DNA of 64,000 nucleotides, from the NCBI GenBank assembly GCA_910586585.1, contig CAJUKA010000016.1, forward strand, positions 1,931 to 65,930. Reading direction: 5' to 3'. Source of the stretch: an uncultured Lachnospiraceae bacterium (GTDB lineage Bacteria > Bacillota > Clostridia > Lachnospirales > Lachnospiraceae). The position numbers and the translations under genes were made by a program. This document shows positions 1 to 9,803 of this stretch, piece after piece (position 1 is the stretch's first letter; each line of letters opens with the position of its first letter). The notes under the pieces are model-generated. The model did no database searches, had not been told where the DNA came from, and worked only from the letters and a program-made list of their open reading frames with translations.

Positions 1-279
1 TGCAGTATCCCCGTCGCCCTGCCCTAATAATCTTGAAAGATAAGATGCCGCGCCGTTGCCAAACATCAGCCCTAACCCCACGACTACCTGTCCTAACGGG
101 AACACGACGGAAATCGCCCCCATAGGGCTTTCACCCAGACCTCCCACAAAATAGGCATCCACCAGATTATAGAGAGCATTGATCAGCATACCGATCATAA
201 TCGGAATACCCAGAGCCATGAGTGCCTGGGGGATTGGCGCACTCCCTAATAATTCCATTTTACTATTCTTTCCGTCCAT
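1..279 (-). CDS. MATE family efflux transporter, N-terminal part (runs off the window)
   Basis: Read manually: MDGKNSKMELLGSAPIPQALMALGIPIMIGMLINALYNLVDAYFVGGLG..., a typical MATE N-terminus. GAGGAG RBS; divergent from PadR. Confidence 0.85.
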   Translation of the reverse strand, partial: MDGKNSKMELLGSAPIPQALMALGIPIMIGMLINALYNLVDAYFVGGLGESPMGAISVVFPLGQVVVGLGLMFGNGAASYLSRLLGQGDGDTA

Positions 280-314
280 TTTCGTTACTCCTCTCTTGAA
301 ATATAATTTACACT

Positions 315-368
315 ACTATATTTTATAGTGCTTAGTTGCAAATGAAATCCTACTATAAATTATAGTAG
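315..368. promoter_or_regulatory. Two palindromic operator-like sites ACTATA-N3-TATAGT (315-329 and 350-368), probably bound by PadR
   Basis: ACTATAtttTATAGT and CTACTATAaatTATAGTAG lie between the divergent MATE and PadR genes. Confidence 0.65.
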
Positions 369-479
369 TTGTCAAGAGAGTTTTCCTCATTCTTGACAAA
401 ATCTATAAATTAAAATAGTATAAATTACAGCATAAAGGTTATTAACCGTTTCCCATCCATAAAAGAAAGGCAGGACGCT

Positions 480-1013
480 ATGGCTGCGATTGATTTGATT
501 GTATTAGGAATGTTAAAAAAAGAACCTATGGGCGCCTACGATATTCAAAAATTGGTAGAATACCGCAATATCTCTAAATGGGTAAAGATCAGCACCCCCT
601 CTATCTACAAAAAGGCCATACAGTTAGAAGAAAAGGGCTTTATCAAAGGCAGTACCGTTAAAGAGGGAAAAATGCCCGAAAAAGTCATTTACTCTCTTAC
701 AGATGCGGGCGAGAAAGAATTTGAAAGGCTTATGTTAGAGATTGCATCCAATCCCATCCATATCTTTTTGGACTTTAATGCCGTAATCGTAAATTTAGAT
801 AGTCTGCCTTTTGAAACACGAAAAGAATGTGTGGCAGACATTGAAAAGAATGTAATAAAATTGAAGGCTTATTTGGAAGAAAACCTCCGTGAAAAAGAAA
901 ATAACCCGGATATTCCCGAAACAGGAATGGCTGTCTTACGCCAGCAGTTTGTTTTGGTGGAAGCGCTTGAAAAATGGATTGCTGATTTGAAAAATAGTTT
1001 TGAAATAGATTAG
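480..1013 (+). CDS. PadR family transcriptional regulator
   Basis: LIVLGML..EPMGAYDI...SIYKK...LEEKGFI...PEKVIYSLTDAGE winged-helix pattern. Confidence 0.9.
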   Translation: MAAIDLIVLGMLKKEPMGAYDIQKLVEYRNISKWVKISTPSIYKKAIQLEEKGFIKGSTVKEGKMPEKVIYSLTDAGEKEFERLMLEIASNPIHIFLDFNAVIVNLDSLPFETRKECVADIEKNVIKLKAYLEENLREKENNPDIPETGMAVLRQQFVLVEALEKWIADLKNSFEID

Positions 1014-1141
1014 GGTAAATGCCTACTATCACAAAAAAGTGGGGTCACCAACCATTCTAGTGAACCCCACCAAGCCTTAAAACCCTTGATTTTAAGCCAT
1101 TCTTCCATACTTTCGCCTACGAGTACCTAGATTCCTATGGC

Positions 1142-1745
1142 ATTATTTTTGAATATGTAGCGGAGCGAACCTATGCGTCGGAAGGAAATGGCGTCCTCTA
1201 CCCTGTACATGCAGGTGTGGCGGGATTTGCATAGATGGCATCTATGGCAATCCTCCCTATGCTTTCTACAAAGATTGGGAAAAAAGTGTCTTTTTTCTGT
1301 GCAAGCTTTTTCCTGGTAATCGGATTTGCTCTGTTATAGATTTTGGGTTATATTCTTCCCACAAATGTTATTGCAGTTGGCATCTGCAGTGCGATTATCA
1401 ATGCAGGAATTGGATTTATGCTTGTATTTATCACCGTCATCCTCTCCGAAGTTGTGGACTATAGCGAATATACTCTAGGAACACGCAATGAGAGCATTTT
1501 ATTTTCAATGCAAACATCTGTGGTTAAATTTGCTGGTGCATTCAGCGGATTTGTAAGCGGTATCGGTCTCACATCCATCGGTTATGTGGCAAACCAGCAA
1601 CAGACTCCTGGAGCGGAAAACGGCATGAGAATCATTATGTTTCTGATTCCGGCAATCCTGTCTGGGTTACGTTTCTTAATTTACATAAGAGGCTATAAAC
1701 TTACACCTGAATTTAACGGAAAAATGCGCAAAGAATTTCCGCTGA
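1142..1745 (+). pseudogene. MelB/GPH family glycoside:cation symporter fragment
   Basis: No start codon; in-frame TAG stops at 1232 and 1337. Motifs SEVVDYSEY.LGTRNESILFSMQT and IGYVANQQQT. Confidence 0.8.
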
Positions 1746-1859
1746 AACGATCACCACGCACAATCCTGCCCTGCGCCCTGACTGGGAGCGTTTTAGAAGC
1801 AAAAGCATTACCGATTTTACAGATTTTCAGGCCAGAATTTCTGGATTACCGAAGCGATT

Positions 1860-2804
1860 ATGGGTGCGCAGGGACATGATGTGACTGGATTTTTGCCAAA
1901 GCCAAACCAGGCCAAAATGTGGTCATACCAAGGAATGGCAAGGGAATGCAGTTCCATGATGTATTTCCGATACACAGGAGCTGTAAAAGGCGCGGAACAA
2001 TTTTGCTATGGCGTGATTGATGCAGATAACCAAAAGCGCCGCTAATTTTATGAAGTAAAAAGCTTCTTTCATGATATCTCACAATATGAAGAGGTGCTCA
2101 ATACTCCTCTCAAAGCGGATGTTGCAATTTTATATGATTATGATTCCCTCTCTAGCTTCCGTATCCAACGCCAGAGCATTCTGTTCGACCCAGTGGCAGA
2201 AATGCAAAGACTTTACAAAGTATTTTATGATGCAAATATTATGGTGGATATTATTCCCGCAGACCGCAGTATCAAAGACTATAAGATTGTCCTTGTACCA
2301 CAGATGATTATTATGGATAAGGCACTCACTGACAAACTGCAAACCTTTGCCGCAGACGGAGGCAGCCTGATTTTGACATACCGCACATCTGTCAAAGACC
2401 GCGACAACAATCTGGTACTTGGACAAATAGCTCCTGTCGAAATGAATTCCCTCGCGGGAGTATATGTAGAAGAAACAGAAAGTCTTCAAGATTATAATGC
2501 CTTTTTGCTCAAAGAATGCGGCACGTTTAAAGATCAGTCTGGATATGGCGGAATTTTTAGAGATATGCCGACAGTAGATGACGCTGAGGTATTATACCAG
2601 TATAACGATATGTTTTACCAAGATTACGCAGCTATTACAAAAAATCGGCATCATAAAGGAGCCGTATATTATATTGGCTGCACGCCAGACGAAAACACGC
2701 TTTGTCAGGTTCTTGAAACTGTTATTGACGAAGCTGACATAGTAAAGATTTCGTCCCCAGACGGCGGTTTTGATACATCAGATTTCAAAACCGCCGTTTT
2801 CTAA
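1860..2804 (+). pseudogene. GH42 beta-galactosidase, C-terminal remnant
   Basis: ORFs 1860-2045 and 2094-2804 share a frame and are split by TAA at 2043. Motifs MMYFRY..AVKGAEQFCYG and ADVAILYDYDS plus the trimerisation domain. The N-terminal catalytic half is missing. Confidence 0.8.
2761..2800. terminator. Intrinsic terminator hairpin between convergent genes
   Basis: ACGGCGGTTTTGA...TCAAAACCGCCGT followed by TTT. Confidence 0.65.
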
Positions 2805-2833
2805 TGCCTGATACAGCTCCTTTCTGCACGCCA

Positions 2834-4084
2834 TTAAACACAAAAATCAAGAGAATTTTCATCATTTATTGTCCATTTATGAAAGACCTGCCGGATACAC
2901 CATTCAAAATCAATGGCTTCAATCTCTTCCGCAGTGATAAGATTGATGCGTTTCCACTCGCGATTGCCCACCATATAACTAATATGACCTATTTCCTTTC
3001 CTTTTTCTACGGGTGCAGTCAGCGTTTTTACTTTATGCAGTACAACGGTTACTTTTTCGTCTTCTCTCATTAGAAGACCTCCTTCGTCAAAGCTGCCCGC
3101 TGCCTCCACTTCCAAATCTATCTTTTCACCAATTCCCGCATTCTGCGCGTTGCTAACAGCGATGTTTTCTAAGGTCTGCTCTGGAATCGGCACTTCTTTA
3201 AATCCACGGTACTGATAATTTCCCAGGCCATATTCCATCAATACTCTGGTATCACTCCATTTATAAGTTTTATGATTCGGCCAGCCGCACGCCAAAAGCG
3301 CTACTACAAAAGTCTTATCATCCTGCCTAAGCGCGCCTACATAACAATAGCCAGCCTTGGACGTATAACCTGTTTTCCCTGTCAGTGCGCCCGTCATCAT
3401 ATTCAAAAATGCATTGTGATTGATACAAGAAAAACTTCTCTTTTTAGATAAATCTGTAAATGAATGGTTTGGTGTTCTTGTGATTTCAAGAAACATTTCT
3501 TTTTGAGGTGATTTCGTGATGCAATAAGACATAACCAACGCCAAATCCCTTGCCGTCGTAGAATGAATTTTTTCTCCTTGTGCGGCGTCCAGCCCATTCG
3601 GAGTAATATAATACGTATTTTTGCAGCCGATTTCCTCTGCTTTCTTGTTCATAAGCGCTGCAAACTGCTCTACGCTACCACCCACATGTTCTGCAATCGC
3701 AACAGCAGAATCATTGTGTGATTCGAGCATGAGAGAAAGTACCAAATCTCTTAATTGATACTGTTCTCCAGTCCTCATACCCAAATGGACCTTGGGCATA
3801 GACGCCGCATAGGAGGATACTGTTACGGTATCCTCCAAATTTGCATTCTCAAGCGTTACAATCAGTGTCATAATCTTTGTGGTGCTTGCCATAGGAAGCT
3901 GTTCATTCCCACAGCGGTCATATAATACCCGCCCTGTATCAGCGTCCATCAAAACCGCTGCTTTGGCATACAGATTGAGTTTTACTTCCTCTGCCTGTAC
4001 AGACGCTGGCAGTTGTGCAAAACTTATCGCAATTATCAGAATAAATGACACTATCGTTCTAAGGATAATATTTTTCTTCTCCAT
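2834..4084 (-). CDS. D-alanyl-D-alanine carboxypeptidase (peptidase S11, DacB/DacF-like)
   Basis: Signal peptide; SxxK (MASTTK), SxN (ESHND) and KTG motifs. Confidence 0.92.
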   Translation of the reverse strand: MEKKNIILRTIVSFILIIAISFAQLPASVQAEEVKLNLYAKAAVLMDADTGRVLYDRCGNEQLPMASTTKIMTLIVTLENANLEDTVTVSSYAASMPKVHLGMRTGEQYQLRDLVLSLMLESHNDSAVAIAEHVGGSVEQFAALMNKKAEEIGCKNTYYITPNGLDAAQGEKIHSTTARDLALVMSYCITKSPQKEMFLEITRTPNHSFTDLSKKRSFSCINHNAFLNMMTGALTGKTGYTSKAGYCYVGALRQDDKTFVVALLACGWPNHKTYKWSDTRVLMEYGLGNYQYRGFKEVPIPEQTLENIAVSNAQNAGIGEKIDLEVEAAGSFDEGGLLMREDEKVTVVLHKVKTLTAPVEKGKEIGHISYMVGNREWKRINLITAEEIEAIDFEWCIRQVFHKWTINDENSLDFCV

Positions 4085-4177
4085 AAATTTTTATTTTCCT
4101 TTTTTATCAAAGGTTCATAAAAATATATGTATCAGTCCCTCTAATTTATCCCTTTTCTGATGCTTTCATTTTAAATT

Positions 4178-5665
4178 CTATTCTTTTTTCAGCCGTTTTT
4201 CCAATGCTGCTACCACTGTTTCAAGCACTTTGATGCGCGCATAATACTTATCATTTCCTTCAACAATAATCCACGGCGCCTCGGCTGTAGAAGTTCTTAC
4301 CAGCATTTCATCAACCGCTTTTTCATAAAGTTCCCATTTTTGCCTGTTTCGCCAATCCTCATCTGTAATCTTCCAGCTTTTCTCTGGATTCTCCTGTCTG
4401 TCCTTAAACCGTTTTGCCTGTTCTCCTTTGTCAATATGAAGCCAGAATTTGAGTACTACAGCACCATGATGCACAAGCTGTTTTTCCATCTGATTGATTT
4501 CCTTGTAAGCCCGCTGCCAGTCCTGCGTCGTACAGAATCCCTCAACACGTTCCACCATAACGCGTCCGTACCAAGTACGGTCAAAAATAGCGATATGTCC
4601 ATCTTTTGGCATTCTCGTCCAAAACCGCCACAGATAATGATGCGCCCGCTCTATATCATTGGGAGAGCTTGTAGGATTTACCGTATATCCTCTAGGGTCA
4701 AGCGCTCTTGTGAGCCGCTTTATGGCACCGCCTTTTCCTCCTGCGTCCCAGCCTTCAAAAGCAAGCACTACTGGAATTCGCTTTGCATAAAGCTGCCCAT
4801 GCAAATGACCCAGTTTTTTTTGAAGTTCCGACAGCTTTTTATCATAATCTTCTTGTTTCAGTTTTTTGGATAAGTCGGATTTTTTCAGCATACTATCATT
4901 CAAATTTGTACTGTCAAATTTTCCGTCTATTAATTTTTCACTTGATTTACATTCTGTTTGATACCGTTCTTCAAAGGCATCTGCTACCTTGGAGAGAATT
5001 TTAATCGTAGCAAAATCTGCATCTTCTGCCTCTACAATCGTCCAAGGAGCATAACTGCTATCTGTCTTTACCAGCATTTCATCTGCCATATTCGCATAAG
5101 CATCAAAATGCTTATTTCTGTCTATATCTGCCTCTGTCACCCTCCATTTTGTTGACTTATTTTCCCGAAGCTTTTTCAGACGCTTTTTTTGTTCCTTTTT
5201 GGAAATATCAAGGAAAAATTTAATAATCAGTGTCCCGCCATCTGTAAGCTGCTTTTCAAAAGTGTTAATTTCATCTAAGGTTATTGCAATTTTTTTCTTT
5301 GACGGCTTTGTTTCGTATCGGTCAATTAGCAATTTTCTGTACCAGCTTCTGTCAAACACTGCAATTCGCCCTTTTTCTGGTGTTTTGTTCCAAAAACGCC
5401 ACAAAAAGGGATGAAGCTGCTCTTCTTTTGTCTCTGCATCTGTAGAATACACTGTGAATCCTCTTGGGTCCAGCGTTTGAATCAGCCGGTTAATCTGCGT
5501 ACCTTTTCCTGCCGCTCCAAAACCTTCAAATACAATCATAACAGGAACATTCTTGCCTTTTAACGCTCTTTGTAACAGTGCAAGCCGGGACTCTAGTTCC
5601 TCCATGCGCTTTTTGTACTCCTTTTTGGCAATTGTTTTGGACAAATCAATTTTCTCCAACATCAT
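4178..5665 (-). CDS. pap: Two-domain polyphosphate kinase 2 (polyphosphate:AMP phosphotransferase)
   Basis: Two PPK2 domains: FEGFGAAGKG/FDRSWY and FEGWDAGGKGG/FDRTWY. Confidence 0.9.
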   Translation of the reverse strand: MMLEKIDLSKTIAKKEYKKRMEELESRLALLQRALKGKNVPVMIVFEGFGAAGKGTQINRLIQTLDPRGFTVYSTDAETKEEQLHPFLWRFWNKTPEKGRIAVFDRSWYRKLLIDRYETKPSKKKIAITLDEINTFEKQLTDGGTLIIKFFLDISKKEQKKRLKKLRENKSTKWRVTEADIDRNKHFDAYANMADEMLVKTDSSYAPWTIVEAEDADFATIKILSKVADAFEERYQTECKSSEKLIDGKFDSTNLNDSMLKKSDLSKKLKQEDYDKKLSELQKKLGHLHGQLYAKRIPVVLAFEGWDAGGKGGAIKRLTRALDPRGYTVNPTSSPNDIERAHHYLWRFWTRMPKDGHIAIFDRTWYGRVMVERVEGFCTTQDWQRAYKEINQMEKQLVHHGAVVLKFWLHIDKGEQAKRFKDRQENPEKSWKITDEDWRNRQKWELYEKAVDEMLVRTSTAEAPWIIVEGNDKYYARIKVLETVVAALEKRLKKE

Positions 5666-5704
5666 TATCAGCTCCTTTCCTTTGGTTTCTTTTTCTAAAT
5701 TTCA

Positions 5705-6592
5705 TTATTTGCTTTCCTCAATATTTCTATACTTTGTACAATTTGCGCGATTCTTTCTTCCTGCTCCAATCCCCATAGAAATTGCATTTTTCGGGCATGC
5801 CTCCACACATTCCCCGCATCGGATACACTCTACGGAATCCGGTGTTTTCACAGGGTCAACCTCCATTTTGCAGATTTTTGAACATTTGCCGCAATTTATG
5901 CACTGATGCGAATCTACTTCTAAATGATAAAAACTAATCTTATTCATCAAACCATAAATCAATCCCAGTGGGCAGAGTGTACGGCAAAAAAAGCGATATA
6001 CCAAAATGCATCCACCAATCGTAACAATCAGAATCCCCAGTTTTAGAAAAAACAATGAGCCTATTGTTTGCCTCAATTCTGGGTGTATACTCAAAAGCGG
6101 TATTCCCCCTTCCAATGTTCCCGCCGGACAAATATACTGACAAAACGCAGGTTTACCCATTCCCATATAATCTGTTGCTACAATTGGCAGCAACAGCACA
6201 AAAACTACAAGAATCACATATTTTAGATACAAAAATCCTTTCCATAACTTTAATTTTGGTGTTGGTATCTTATGCAGTATCTCCTGCAGCAATCCAAATG
6301 GGCACAACCACCCGCAGACAAATCTTCCCAGCAATACTCCCACAGCAAGCAAAAAGCCAACCACATAAAAACTAAAATTAAATTTCATGGAACCATTTAC
6401 AGACTGCAGCGCTCCAATAGGACAGGCAAATCCAGCCGCAGGACAGGAATAACAGTTTAATCCTGGATTGCAAAATTGTTTCCATTTTCCCTGGTAAATA
6501 CTGCCGTCCTTAAAGTTCACCAAATGGGAATTTGAAAAACCAAACGCAATGATCTGAACCAATTTTCTTTTGAAAGAATGTGTCAGTTTCAT
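5705..6592 (-). CDS. Membrane 4Fe-4S binding protein (NapH/MauN-like polyferredoxin)
   Basis: CxxxCP motifs (CGWLCP, CQYICP, CRTLCP), TM helices and two CxxCxxCxxxC motifs. Confidence 0.85.
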   Translation of the reverse strand: MKLTHSFKRKLVQIIAFGFSNSHLVNFKDGSIYQGKWKQFCNPGLNCYSCPAAGFACPIGALQSVNGSMKFNFSFYVVGFLLAVGVLLGRFVCGWLCPFGLLQEILHKIPTPKLKLWKGFLYLKYVILVVFVLLLPIVATDYMGMGKPAFCQYICPAGTLEGGIPLLSIHPELRQTIGSLFFLKLGILIVTIGGCILVYRFFCRTLCPLGLIYGLMNKISFYHLEVDSHQCINCGKCSKICKMEVDPVKTPDSVECIRCGECVEACPKNAISMGIGAGRKNRANCTKYRNIEESK

Positions 6593-6598
6593 GATAAA

Positions 6599-6745
6599 TC
6601 ACCCCAATCCAATACATTCCAGACAGATATTCACGGCTTTGTTCAAAACAATCGCCGTTTCATCTCTTGCTGCCCCCAAAAAAAGAAATCCCACTGCAAC
6701 AAGCAGAATTACACTCCCGACTACATTCTTCTTTTTATTTTCCAT
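6599..6745 (-). CDS. 48-aa single-TM CXXC protein (CD1871A-like), absent from the ORF track
   Basis: MENKKKNVVGSVILLVAVGFLFLGAARDETAIVLNKAVNICLECIGLG*; overlaps the end of the upstream TlpA gene. Confidence 0.8.
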   Translation of the reverse strand: MENKKKNVVGSVILLVAVGFLFLGAARDETAIVLNKAVNICLECIGLG

Positions 6746-7337
6746 CAATATAATCCTCTACAAAGCTTTTATAACCATCTACATCGGCACCAACAATCGC
6801 TTCACCAACAATTGTTCCTTCCTTGTCAACAAAGAGCGTTGTAGGCACACCAACGACCCACCTTGTAATATCACTCAAATCTTCATTTGCAATAATCTGT
6901 GTAAATTCTGCACCTGCTTTTTCTGTAATCATCACCGCCAAATCATGATGTTCTGTATCATTGTCTCCTTGAATATCAACAATCAGACCGACAAGCTGTA
7001 CATTGTCCGGCATTTCTTTCGCCCACTCCCCAAGCTCTGGCATTTCCGCGATACATGGTGGACAGAATGTGCCCCATATATTTACAACGGTCAAATCCTT
7101 TTCTGCAAATATGCTTTCTGTTATTTCGTTTCCTTGCAAATCCTTTGCGATAAATGCCGGCATCTGTTTGGGCATACCAATAGATACTTCTGTATCTTCA
7201 GAGGATTCTGCAGTATTTGTTTCTTCTGCCTCCGATACTTCTGATACAATTTTCTCTTCTGTGTTTCCACACCCTGCAAGCATTGCTGCAGCAAGAAGCA
7301 GACTGCAAAGCTTTCTCCATTTACTTTTTTGATTCAT
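6735..7337 (-). CDS. TlpA/ResA-like thiol-disulfide oxidoreductase lipoprotein
   Basis: Lipobox LAGC; VVNIWGTFCPPC; VPTTLFVD. Start placed at MNQKSK after GGAGG. Confidence 0.88.
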   Translation of the reverse strand: MNQKSKWRKLCSLLLAAAMLAGCGNTEEKIVSEVSEAEETNTAESSEDTEVSIGMPKQMPAFIAKDLQGNEITESIFAEKDLTVVNIWGTFCPPCIAEMPELGEWAKEMPDNVQLVGLIVDIQGDNDTEHHDLAVMITEKAGAEFTQIIANEDLSDITRWVVGVPTTLFVDKEGTIVGEAIVGADVDGYKSFVEDYIDGK

Positions 7338-7719
7338 TCCATTTAACCTCCCTGAATTTCTGTTACACTTATGCATTTTCACAGTATAATTTCTCTTAAA
7401 AATACGCTCTTGGTGTCCTAAACATATTTTAACACAAAATAACGATAATGTGCACCTTTTTCCGATGATAAAGTAGAATTAAAGTAACAGTTCAGCTTAG
7501 TATTTTTCACTGTGCTATTATATCATTACGAAAAAAATCTAAATTTTTATTGTATTGTCAGAAAAAGGGCGCTACAATAATAAAGGAATGTATTCTCTAA
7601 GTCTTATTGTGCTTAATATGATTGTGGGAACCTGCACAAATTGCATCTGCCAAAAAATCCGCAAGAATAACTACAAGAGAGATTCTGAGCGTACATAAAA
7701 AGCATTAAGGGGGATTATC

Positions 7720-9750
7720 ATGAAACAGAAAACAAAAGACCGAAATTCCAGAAAAAATATTGCAGATGAAATTCTTCATCAAATTGGCGGAAGTGTTATT
7801 TTTGTACTTTTATTTATAGCAATTGTTGCAATCTGTATGGTAGGATGGCTGACAATTTCTTCAAAGGAAGCCGAATTGACACTCGAATCACAGGCAGCCG
7901 CAAACCAGTTAGCAGGTTTTTTGGAGCAATACATAAAATGTGCAGAGCAACTGGCAGTTAACCCAGAGATTGAAAATGTTATGAAACAAACAAAAGCAGG
8001 CGATGATATCTTGCAGGCTGAGCAAATGGAAACTGTCAGAAATAATCTTATGGACATTGTAAACACAGATCCAGAAAATATTTTGTCTGTGTGGATTGCT
8101 GATATAGATGCAAGTGTACTAACACAATCCGATGGATTTACCACAGGTGAAGGGTGGGACGTTACTACACGCGAATGGTATACATGTATAGAGACAAAAA
8201 AGACGATTCTGACAGAACCTTATGTGGATTCTGCCTCCGGAAAAATGATACTAAGCGCTGTGTCGCCAGTTTATGATAAATCTACATCAACGGTTATCGG
8301 CGCAACAGGAATGGATATTTCTTTAGAGCATATGACAAATATCATGAGTGAATACGTGATAGGACAGAATGGGCATATCTTACTTTTTTCCGGCGAAGGT
8401 ACCATCCTTTATCATGCGAACAAAGATTATATCCAGAAAAATATCGCTGATACAAATATCTCTCAAAACGCTGTTGATGCAGTTATTTCAGGCAATGAGC
8501 TTTTTCTGAAATATAAGGCGGATGGCGTCACAAAATATGGTGCCGTAGATTCTATAGGTGAAACAGGATATGTTGTTCTCAGCAATATGCCTTTATTGGA
8601 ATTCTACTCAACGTTGATTGCAATGGTTATCGCGCTCATCGTTATCTTTTCAGTTGGTATTTTACTAATAGCTATCAGCATCAAGAAAAGCGCCGCAAAT
8701 CTGACAAAACCGATTCTGGAATTGAATCATACTGCACAACAGCTTGCATCTGGGAACTTAGATGTGCATCTTCACATCACAAGTCAAGATGAAATTGGAC
8801 AACTTGGCGAATCTTTCCAAAAGACAGTCAACCGACTCAAACAATATATTGTATATATTGATGAAACGGCGGAAGTATTGGAGCAAATCGCTGATGGAAA
8901 ACTTCGTGTTGAATTAAAAAATGATTATGTTGGTGAATTCCAGAAAATAAAAACGGCTCTGCTCAATATTTCTGATTCTATGAATCAGGTTATGATAGGC
9001 ATCAATGAAAGTTCGGAACGTGTATCTGTAGGCGCTGCTGAACTTGCTTCTGCTTCTCAAGTCTTAGCAGAGGGTGCAGAAGAACAGGCAGCATCAATTC
9101 AACAGCTCACAGCAACCACCGCTACAGTTACAGAACAGGTAGAGAACAGCCGCAAAGAAGCAGAAGCTTCTGCAAAAGCAACAGCACAAGCAACTACAAT
9201 GATTGAACAGAATCAGGAAAAAATGAAGCAGATGATAGATGCGATGAATGAAATCCGCCAAACCTCACAGCAGGTTGTTGGCATTATTCAGACAATCGAA
9301 GATATTGCATCACAGACAAATCTTTTGTCCTTAAATGCTTCTATCGAAGCAGCCCGCGCTGGTGAAGCCGGCAAAGGTTTTGCAGTTGTAGCAGATGAAA
9401 TAGGCAAACTGGCACTGGAAAGTTCCAAAGCAGCAAACACCACAAAAGAACTGATTGAAATTTCAATGGAAGAAATCAATAAGGGAAATACGATTGCCGC
9501 TGGTGCTATGAGTTCTCTGAAAGAATCTGTAAGCGCAGTAGACCATGTAAATAAGATGATTCAAGAAACCGCAGAGAATGCAGCGATTCAGGCAGAAAAT
9601 ATGAAACAGCTCCGTGTAGGAATTGAAGAAATCGCTCATGGAATACAAGATAATTCTGCTGCCTCCGAGGAAACTTCTGCAACCTCCGAGGAATTGGCTT
9701 CACAGGCTGACATACTGAACAAAATGGTGCAGAAATTTGAACTTTGCTAA
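7720..9750 (+). CDS. Methyl-accepting chemotaxis protein (dCache, HAMP, MCP signal domains)
   Basis: Two TM helices; REWY/TEPYVD Cache motifs; QTNLLSLNASIEAARAGEAGKGFAVVA. Confidence 0.95.
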   Translation: MKQKTKDRNSRKNIADEILHQIGGSVIFVLLFIAIVAICMVGWLTISSKEAELTLESQAAANQLAGFLEQYIKCAEQLAVNPEIENVMKQTKAGDDILQAEQMETVRNNLMDIVNTDPENILSVWIADIDASVLTQSDGFTTGEGWDVTTREWYTCIETKKTILTEPYVDSASGKMILSAVSPVYDKSTSTVIGATGMDISLEHMTNIMSEYVIGQNGHILLFSGEGTILYHANKDYIQKNIADTNISQNAVDAVISGNELFLKYKADGVTKYGAVDSIGETGYVVLSNMPLLEFYSTLIAMVIALIVIFSVGILLIAISIKKSAANLTKPILELNHTAQQLASGNLDVHLHITSQDEIGQLGESFQKTVNRLKQYIVYIDETAEVLEQIADGKLRVELKNDYVGEFQKIKTALLNISDSMNQVMIGINESSERVSVGAAELASASQVLAEGAEEQAASIQQLTATTATVTEQVENSRKEAEASAKATAQATTMIEQNQEKMKQMIDAMNEIRQTSQQVVGIIQTIEDIASQTNLLSLNASIEAARAGEAGKGFAVVADEIGKLALESSKAANTTKELIEISMEEINKGNTIAAGAMSSLKESVSAVDHVNKMIQETAENAAIQAENMKQLRVGIEEIAHGIQDNSAASEETSATSEELASQADILNKMVQKFELC

Positions 9751-9803
9751 ATGAATTTCATACCACGAAAAAAGAAGCTTTCCGTTTGCAGAACTATGCC
9801 TGC

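Noticed and set aside
1232..2045. Stop-codon recoding (TAG read-through)
   Set aside because: The region also has a TAA stop and deletions, and TAG terminates normal genes in this window, so ordinary decay explains it.
6599..6601. Selenocysteine at the TGA ending the CXXC peptide
   Set aside because: The CXXC is already complete, the next gene starts 7 nt later, and no SECIS-like hairpin is evident.
6570..7244. Long antisense ORFs in the ORF track (also 4340-4873, 42334-42849, 59354-59920 and others)
   Set aside because: They are shadows of well-supported opposite-strand genes, with no motifs or RBS.
7560..7715. c-di-GMP riboswitch in the MCP leader
   Set aside because: Only a short hairpin is present; I could not match the class I or II consensus by eye. 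An Rfam scan would settle it.
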